From Myxococcota bacterium (lineage in GTDB: Bacteria > Myxococcota_A > UBA9042 > PHBI01 > JAWLBL01): a stretch of 64,000 bases of DNA. The stretch's first letter is position 1. Each line of letters starts with the position of its first letter. The notes beneath the pieces are model-generated. The model worked only from the letters and a program-made list of their open reading frames with translations, was not told the DNA's origin and ran no database searches. The position numbers were made by a program, and so were the translations under genes. Location of the stretch: positions 151,660 through 215,659 of the forward strand of contig JAWLBL010000003.1 of assembly GCA_041687695.1 (NCBI GenBank), written 5' to 3'. Shown here piece by piece: positions 58,601 to 64,000 of the stretch.

Positions 58601-60070
58601 CAGTTCGACGACCCGTACTCGACGGCCGTCTGCGGCCAGGCCGGCTCGTTCTGCCGCCCCTTCCCGTCGGGCTTCTTCTGCACCAAGCCCGACATGGTCG
58701 AGGTGCCCTTCCGGTTCTGCTCGGACGAGTACAACTGGTCGTCGCCGCAGTGCCAGACCCACGACGAGGGCACCGACTCGTTCGAGATCGTGCTCAACTC
58801 GGTCGACGACTACGAGTACTACTGGCCGTTCCGGGCGTACATGCGCGACAACGACCTGTTCTCACCGTCGACCGGCTACTGGAACTCGGTCATGTCGATC
58901 ATGGCCGGCTGGCGCAAGCACTTCGAGCACTGGGCCTACAACTACACCCGCTACAACAAGGACGGGTGGTGGGAGAAGCGCTTCGGCCAGCCCTGGCACC
59001 TCGACGTCAACGGCGGCCTGGGCGCCACCCTGGCGGCCAAGAACATCTTCGAGACGATGGCCAACGTCTTCGGGCGGCCCTCGCCGGGGTTCTACGGCTG
59101 GAACGCGGTCAAGCAGCGCTACGAGCCGGTCGTCAACAACGGCAAGAACACCTACTCGAACGTGTTCTACATCCCCGAGGACTGCCCCGAGCGCGAGCGC
59201 GTCGGCAAGGGCACGCTCTGCGGTGGCCGCCCGATGTACCCGAGCTACGACTTCACGGGTTACATCTACGTGCCTTACCGTGCCGGCACGTTCTACGACC
59301 GCCTGGCCGCCATGCAGTTCATGACCTTCCCGCAGATGCTGTACGTGCGCGGCGTGGACCGCACCATCGACGCGCGGCGCTTCCGCCTGAACTTCGCCAC
59401 CGTCTGGCCCGAGCGCGTCTCGAACCTGCTCGCCGGCATGCTCACCGGCGAGCCCGAGATGAGCGGCTGGTGCATCGAGCACGACGGCGTGCCGCCGACC
59501 CAGAACGGCAACGGCGATCCCAGCGCCGTCAAGCCGCGCCGCTGGTTTGGCACCGAGGCCGAGCTCGACGCCTACTATGCCAACTGCGTCGCGCTCACCC
59601 CCGAGCCCGAGTACAGCTTCCCCACGACCCAGTACCGCCTGCCTGCGCTGGCCTCGATCTACGGTCTGGGCTGGTCCAGCCAGACCTTCGATCGCGGCTT
59701 CGCCGACCGCGCACGCGTCTGGCTCGAGGGTGAGGGCAACGACGTCACGATCCCGGCCGGCTTCGAGGTCGTGAAGTACACCGATCCCTTCTCGGGCAAG
59801 ACCTACATGGCGCCCTACGATCCCGAGGAGTTCGATCCGAACGACCTCCAGGTCACGCCGCGCTCGGCCGTGCCCGCCGTGGATCTCGAGGGCCATCGCC
59901 ACGTGTACTGGCCCGCGGCGCGCATGCTGTCGTGGGCCAACCGGGAGCTCGCGAAGTACCCCAACCAGAGCACGCTGACCGGGTCCTACAGCTACAGCGA
60001 CCTCCAGCAGATGGTGGGTCGCCTCGAGATCATCCGCGGCCTCTACCGCTACTTCGAGTACGGCTACTGA
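55640..60070 (+). CDS. giant zinc-dependent metalloprotease lipoprotein B (1476 aa), paralog of the upstream gene
   Basis: AGGAGG SD; lipobox LGGC; HEAGHNLGLRHNF; TSIMEY; GSYDRAAILFGY. Confidence 0.9.
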   Translation: MRTLGNCGTHRSSHGTSARAGGARGMWSSLRQLAAVGLVAAGVALAGLGGCADPEPINRVQPNLIEKSKLGGEWYILDTIVRAPFASHYFFAGLQSSLDRGVFEIEERHLYLYRTYEFIEGVEQQGLKSDSDKPLLDEDGNPVTYDKVMPDGSVKKATRYVYRSAPLAKYAISGHFDVRQSYNPITGEPTNVTVEDASEKYWWERDWMRVDFGSDTAGNSARFGSDMFNAVVYEGETGPEELKLRVQDDGAYMDFVVRGWITAPRTYLWGWGWIPTCFFYPWYTGSYFECGEEEIHIRTSLMKVDPGNTYQPWNYDDHMLDKFGFFRRARATYDQYYGATFSAAERHIQRFRIWEDYVDADGDGKLDYASMKPQPIVYYLSEKFPRELIPGAIDLADQWNEPFVEVVEHLTGKPVDGRMFVLCENNLAEVAALLEEDPDAVLAETDERYCKNMDQAKPYGDLRYNQLVSINEPTQFGLYGYGPAHSDPLTGETINAHAFQYTGNLRLGARTAVDMIEYSAGVQTFRDVADAEHIRTDIKARTLRQSQSEPRVPTSIEAAQTMASELLAPEVDAVITHFGLEETDLDLARAGMSRLRNASEFDFVWLNADMAALVGLPADQLGQIQDPDHFLRGLVHPAYTNTEDMLLWGEKKAAHLGQQAICMGEHFDDSFNGLAAEYQGVYDQAICDGLSQHADADQLIFDFSAFAELGASCDGGDSACASDEVCTFVDQGDVSGKYCMRPCTANALLQQLRLEIRRVNQIGEFQYWDPNALYTATKDARVNASQQAARELIEQVREKVFLETFDRMWSTVAMHEAGHNLGLRHNFASSTDALNYFDDYWSMKGTTDGEGHWHPNNLWSRETDAQVASRMREYQQTSIMEYSGAFNARYQGLGSYDRAAILFGYGELLEVFENPPALEAYADYIAEPSDGDPMALTLTPRRLHPLARALEKIHHTNYPAVFGGVENMTKRKVVKAEDIADTSKPCSQFDDPYSTAVCGQAGSFCRPFPSGFFCTKPDMVEVPFRFCSDEYNWSSPQCQTHDEGTDSFEIVLNSVDDYEYYWPFRAYMRDNDLFSPSTGYWNSVMSIMAGWRKHFEHWAYNYTRYNKDGWWEKRFGQPWHLDVNGGLGATLAAKNIFETMANVFGRPSPGFYGWNAVKQRYEPVVNNGKNTYSNVFYIPEDCPERERVGKGTLCGGRPMYPSYDFTGYIYVPYRAGTFYDRLAAMQFMTFPQMLYVRGVDRTIDARRFRLNFATVWPERVSNLLAGMLTGEPEMSGWCIEHDGVPPTQNGNGDPSAVKPRRWFGTEAELDAYYANCVALTPEPEYSFPTTQYRLPALASIYGLGWSSQTFDRGFADRARVWLEGEGNDVTIPAGFEVVKYTDPFSGKTYMAPYDPEEFDPNDLQVTPRSAVPAVDLEGHRHVYWPAARMLSWANRELAKYPNQSTLTGSYSYSDLQQMVGRLEIIRGLYRYFEYGY

Positions 60071-60090
60071 GCCTCGGCCGCTGCTGAACA

Positions 60091-60125
60091 CGAAGCCCCC
60101 GCGAGCCCGACTCGCGGGGGCTTCG
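60091..60125. terminator. strong hairpin closing the protease operon
   Basis: CGAAGCCCCCGCGAG / CTCGCGGGGGCTTCG perfect 15-bp stem. Confidence 0.8.
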
Positions 60126-60163
60126 TAGCTTCCGGTGCCGGCGCGTCGCAGGTCGATCCCGGC

Positions 60164-60865
60164 TCAGCCCCCGGCCGGCCTCAGGAACACGAACACGGCC
60201 CCGCTGCCGCCCTGGGCCATCGGCGCCGTGACCACCTCGCGGATCCGCGCCAGGAAGTCGACCCGGAGCCACTGCATCAGGGCCTCCTGCAGCACGGCCC
60301 CATCTCGGCTGTGCAGGCCGCGGCCAGGGATGATGCGGACCGTCGCGTGCCCCTGCTCGGCGGCGCGGCGCAAGAAGCTCTCCACCGCCTCGCGCGCGGC
60401 CTCGCGGCGCAACCCGTGCAGGTCGAGCGTCGGCGCCGCCTTGAACTGCCCCGACTTGATGCGCCGCTTCAGAGTCCGGGGGGTCCCGTCCACGCGCTCG
60501 TCCGCCGCTGGCCGAGTCGAGACGTGAGGCTCGTCTGAACCGTCATCGTCGACGGGCGCCATCCCGGACGCCTCCATGGCCGCCGCGAACAGCGCGTCGT
60601 CCTCGGCCAGACGTCGCTCACGCGGCGGGGTGCTGCGCGGCGAGCCGGACGCCGACGACCTGGGCGCCGTCTCGCGTGGCTGCGGGGCGTCACCCATCAT
60701 GGCCTCGAACAGCGCGTCATCGTCGGCCTGGCGTTGGCGCCGCGACTGCCCGACGCCCAGCTGTCGCATGGCCCGCTCGAACTCCCGATCGGCCAGGTGA
60801 TCCCCGAGGCCGTCCTGGTGATCCGGCCGACCTCGGCGCCCCTTCCCGCTCGTGTCATCGCTCAT
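60164..60865 (-). CDS. Smr/MutS2-domain protein
   Basis: LDLHGL, VRIIPGRGLHS, GGSGAVFVFL. Confidence 0.9.
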   Translation of the reverse strand: MSDDTSGKGRRGRPDHQDGLGDHLADREFERAMRQLGVGQSRRQRQADDDALFEAMMGDAPQPRETAPRSSASGSPRSTPPRERRLAEDDALFAAAMEASGMAPVDDDGSDEPHVSTRPAADERVDGTPRTLKRRIKSGQFKAAPTLDLHGLRREAAREAVESFLRRAAEQGHATVRIIPGRGLHSRDGAVLQEALMQWLRVDFLARIREVVTAPMAQGGSGAVFVFLRPAGG

Positions 60866-60995
60866 GACAGCCTGCCCTCCCTCTGCTAGAAGCTCCACGC
60901 GTCGCCACGGGCGCCACCCCGAAGCGGGCCCGTCGCCGCGACCGCACGCGGCCGCCAACCCAGCCAGACGAAGCACCCTCGCGCGGAGGACCAGT

Positions 60996-62708
60996 ATGCG
61001 AATGACCCAGCTCCACGCACCGACCCTCCGGGAGGCCCCCAAGGAGGCGGAGCTCGTCAGCCACCGGCTGCTCTTGCGCGCCGGCTTCATCCGGCAGCTC
61101 ACGGCCGGCGTCTACGACATCCTGCCGCTCGGCATGCGCTCGGTCACGCGGATCTCGAACATCATCCGCGAGGAGCTCGACCGCGCAGGCGCCCAGGAGG
61201 TCCTGCTGCCGGCGGTTCAGCCCGCCGAGCTCTGGAAGGAGAGCGGGCGCTGGGACAAGTACGGGCCCGAGCTGCTCCGCTTCAAGGACCGCAAGGAGGC
61301 CGAGTACTGCCTCGGGCCCACGCACGAGGAGGTCATCGTGGACCTCGTGCGCCGCGATGTGCGGTCGTACCGGCAGCTGCCGGTCAACCTGTACCAGATC
61401 CAGTTCAAGTTCCGTGACGAGATCCGGCCCCGTGGCGGCCTGATGCGCGGTCGCGAGTTCATCATGAAGGACGCCTACTCCTTCGATGCGAGCGAAGAAG
61501 GGGCCCACGCCTCCTACCGCGCGATGTATCAGGCCTACGAGGCGATCTTCCGCCGCTGCGGCCTGGACTTCCGCGCGGTCGAGGCCGACACGGGCAACAT
61601 CGGCGGCAGCCTGTCGCACGAGTTCCAGGTGCTCGCGACCCACGGCGAAGACGCCATCGTCAGCTGCGACACCTGCAGCTATACCGCCAACGTCGAGAAG
61701 GCGGCGATCGGGCAGCGGGGCGTGACCGCTCCGCCGATCACCGAGGGGGCGCCAGAGCGGGTCGATACGCCGAACCGACGGACCGTCGAGGAGGTGACGC
61801 ACTTCCTCGGCGTGACCCCCGATCAGCTGATCAAGACCCTGATCGTCCTGGTCGATGGCCAGCCGTGGGCTGCGCTGGTCCGGGGCGACCGAGAGCTCAA
61901 CCCGCTGAAGATCAAGGACGCGCTACAGGCCGGCGAGGTCACTCTGGCCGACGACGCCACGGTCACGCGCGTCACTGGGGCGCCGGTCGGCTTCGCCGGA
62001 CCCGTCGGGCTGTCGATCCCCGTCATCGCCGACCCCGAGGTGGCGCTGATGGTCGACGCCGTCTGTGGGGCGAACGCGGCCGACACGCACCTGCGCGGTG
62101 TCGCCGCAGGGCGCGACTTCAGCCCACGGCAAGTCGCCGACGTGCATCTGGCGCGCGAGGGCGACGCCTGCCCCCGCTGCGAGGGGCGGCTGCGGGCCTT
62201 CCGCGGCATCGAGGTCGGCCACGTCTTCTACCTCGGCACGCGCTACTCCAAGCCGATGGGCTGCACGTTCCTGGACCGTGACGGCCAGGACAAGCCCATG
62301 GTCATGGGCTGCTACGGCATCGGCGTCACGCGCATCCTGGCCGCCGCCGTCGAGCAACACTTCGACGATCGCGGCATCGTCTGGCCAATGGCGCTGGCGC
62401 CGTTCCAGCTCGCCATCATCCCGCTCGGTCGACCCGGGGACGAGCTGGCCTCGGCCGCGGATCAGCTCTACCGCGACGCCAAGGCGGCCGGACTCGACGC
62501 GGTGATCGACGACCGCGACGAGCGCCCGGGCGTCAAGTTCGCCGACTCCGATCTCATGGGCTTCCCGCTCCAGGTCGTCCTGGGCAAGCGGGGCCTGGCC
62601 GAAGGCAAGGTCGAGCTGAAGTTCCGCGACGGCCGCGCCACCGAGAACGTGCCGCTCGCCGAGATCGTGGAACGGCTCCGCGCCCTGGTCGCCGAGGCGC
62701 TCGCGTGA
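60996..62708 (+). CDS. proS: proline--tRNA ligase (with editing insertion domain)
   Basis: PTLREAP, LGPTHEE, KFRDEIRPRGGLMRGREF, GIEVGHVF.LG, MGCYGIGV. Confidence 0.97.
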   Translation: MRMTQLHAPTLREAPKEAELVSHRLLLRAGFIRQLTAGVYDILPLGMRSVTRISNIIREELDRAGAQEVLLPAVQPAELWKESGRWDKYGPELLRFKDRKEAEYCLGPTHEEVIVDLVRRDVRSYRQLPVNLYQIQFKFRDEIRPRGGLMRGREFIMKDAYSFDASEEGAHASYRAMYQAYEAIFRRCGLDFRAVEADTGNIGGSLSHEFQVLATHGEDAIVSCDTCSYTANVEKAAIGQRGVTAPPITEGAPERVDTPNRRTVEEVTHFLGVTPDQLIKTLIVLVDGQPWAALVRGDRELNPLKIKDALQAGEVTLADDATVTRVTGAPVGFAGPVGLSIPVIADPEVALMVDAVCGANAADTHLRGVAAGRDFSPRQVADVHLAREGDACPRCEGRLRAFRGIEVGHVFYLGTRYSKPMGCTFLDRDGQDKPMVMGCYGIGVTRILAAAVEQHFDDRGIVWPMALAPFQLAIIPLGRPGDELASAADQLYRDAKAAGLDAVIDDRDERPGVKFADSDLMGFPLQVVLGKRGLAEGKVELKFRDGRATENVPLAEIVERLRALVAEALA

Positions 62709-63424
62709 GCCCCGCTCCGGACCAGCCGGCCGCGGCGGTCGATCGCCTGATCGTCGCCGCTGACGTCCCACTGACCGAGCTGCCCTCCCTGCTCGCCGAT
62801 CTCGACGGGGTCGCCCGCTGGATCAAGGTCGGCTCGACCCTCTTCGCCGAGGGCGGGCCCGACCTCGTGCGGAGCCTGCACGGGCAGGGGTGGCGCGTCT
62901 TCCTGGACCTGAAGCTGCACGACATCCCCCACCAGGTCGAGCTGACGACGCGTGCCCTGGCGGGGCTCGGGGCGGATCTCCTCACGATCCACGCCGCGGG
63001 CGGCGCCGAGATGATCGCGGCGGCGCGCCAGGGTCTCAGCGGACACGCCACGCGGCTGCTCGCGGTCACCGTCTTGACCAGCCTGGACGGCGCGGCCCTC
63101 CGCGCGATCGGCTGCGCCGAACCCCCCGAGCAGCTGGTCCTGCGGCGCGCACGCCTGGCCATCGACCATGGGGCCCATGGCCTCGTCGCGTCGGCACAGG
63201 AGGCGCGGACGCTCCGCGCCGAGCTCGGACGAGACTTGCACCTCGTCACGCCCGGCGTGCGCCCCAGCGGCTCCGATCCGGGAGATCAGGCGCGCGTCAT
63301 GACGCCCGCCGACGCGATCGCGGCCGGCGCGACCCAGCTCGTCGTCGGACGCCCGATCACCGGGGCGGCCGATCGCCGTGATGCGGCGCGGCGTCTCGTC
63401 AGCGAGATCGCGAGGGCCTCGTGA
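62705..63424 (+). CDS. pyrF: orotidine-5'-phosphate decarboxylase
   Basis: FLDLKLHDIP, AVTVLTS, VTPGVRP, DQARV.TP, VVGRPIT. Confidence 0.96.
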   Translation: MSPAPDQPAAAVDRLIVAADVPLTELPSLLADLDGVARWIKVGSTLFAEGGPDLVRSLHGQGWRVFLDLKLHDIPHQVELTTRALAGLGADLLTIHAAGGAEMIAAARQGLSGHATRLLAVTVLTSLDGAALRAIGCAEPPEQLVLRRARLAIDHGAHGLVASAQEARTLRAELGRDLHLVTPGVRPSGSDPGDQARVMTPADAIAAGATQLVVGRPITGAADRRDAARRLVSEIARAS

Positions 63425-64000
63425 GCCGGATCTACGGCACGCACGCGGTGCTCGAGCTCCTCGAGACCGCGCCACACGCCGTGACGAGCGTGCACCTCGT
63501 GCGAGGCCGCCGCGCCTCCGAGGACGAGCCCGTCGTCGCGAAGGCCGAGGCGCTTGGGATCCCGATCCAGGAGCTGGATCCCAGCAGCCAGAGGGCCCGA
63601 TCCGGCGGCCGGGGCGGCGTGCGCGTCGCCGCCGACATCCGGATCGCGCAGGCGCCGGCCCTCGAGGAGATCGGCGCCGAAGGGGCGCCCCTGGTCCTGG
63701 CGCTCGACGGGGTCACCGATCCCCACAACCTCGGCGCGATCGTACGATCGTCGGCCGCGTTGGGAGCGTCGCTCATCATCGTGCCGCGCGACAACGCCGC
63801 CCCGCTGAACGACGCGGCCGTGCGAGCGTCCGCGGGCGCCGTCGCCCACGTGCCGGTGATGCGGGTCGTCAACCTGGCCCGCGCGTTGCGCCAGCTACGG
63901 GAGCAGGGCTTGTGGGCCCTCGCCGCCATCCCGGACGCGGGGACCAGCCTCTGGGACGCGGACCTGACCTTACCGACGGTCCTCGCGCTCGGCGCCGAGG
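63421..64000 (+). CDS. rlmB: 23S rRNA Gm2251 methyltransferase RlmB (TrmH/SPOUT), 3' truncated; absent from the ORF track
   Basis: GTG at 63421 overlapping the pyrF stop; IYGTHAV.E, LDGVTDPHNLGAIVRS, ASAGA, V.NLARAL, LGAE. Confidence 0.9.
   Translation, partial: MSRIYGTHAVLELLETAPHAVTSVHLVRGRRASEDEPVVAKAEALGIPIQELDPSSQRARSGGRGGVRVAADIRIAQAPALEEIGAEGAPLVLALDGVTDPHNLGAIVRSSAALGASLIIVPRDNAAPLNDAAVRASAGAVAHVPVMRVVNLARALRQLREQGLWALAAIPDAGTSLWDADLTLPTVLALGAE

Overview
Very GC-rich bacterial chromosome segment. Gene content and order (proS-pyrF-rlmB; RodZ-like-mgtE-recO; lolA-rimO; RpoH-type sigma factor; many Cys-rich lipoproteins) point to a Myxococcota/deltaproteobacterial genome (inference). 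About 49 real CDS; most other ORFs in the track are GC-driven shadow frames. Housekeeping blocks: greB, glnB-glnA, comEC, rpsB-tsf-pyrH-frr, nth, lolA-rimO, lysC, pepA-ssb, hflX, smr, proS-pyrF-rlmB. No rRNA, tRNA, CRISPR array, integrase, transposase or reverse transcriptase was recognised. Best candidate for an undescribed system: an 11-kb operon (48902-60125) encoding a predicted outer-membrane beta-barrel and two giant paralogous zinc-metalloprotease lipoproteins. Other notable items: a 187-bp MITE-like element with CAGGG ends and a 9/10 10-bp target duplication just upstream of the rpsB promoter; a non-coding G-rich ~42-bp array with 3-unit higher-order periodicity; a probable AUA start for hflX; a LexA-type palindrome over the promoter of a radical SAM gene; a methyltransferase with tandem PqqD/RRE-like domains; a LolC/E permease with a DUF4397-like insert. 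All family calls come from motif recognition by eye, not database searches.
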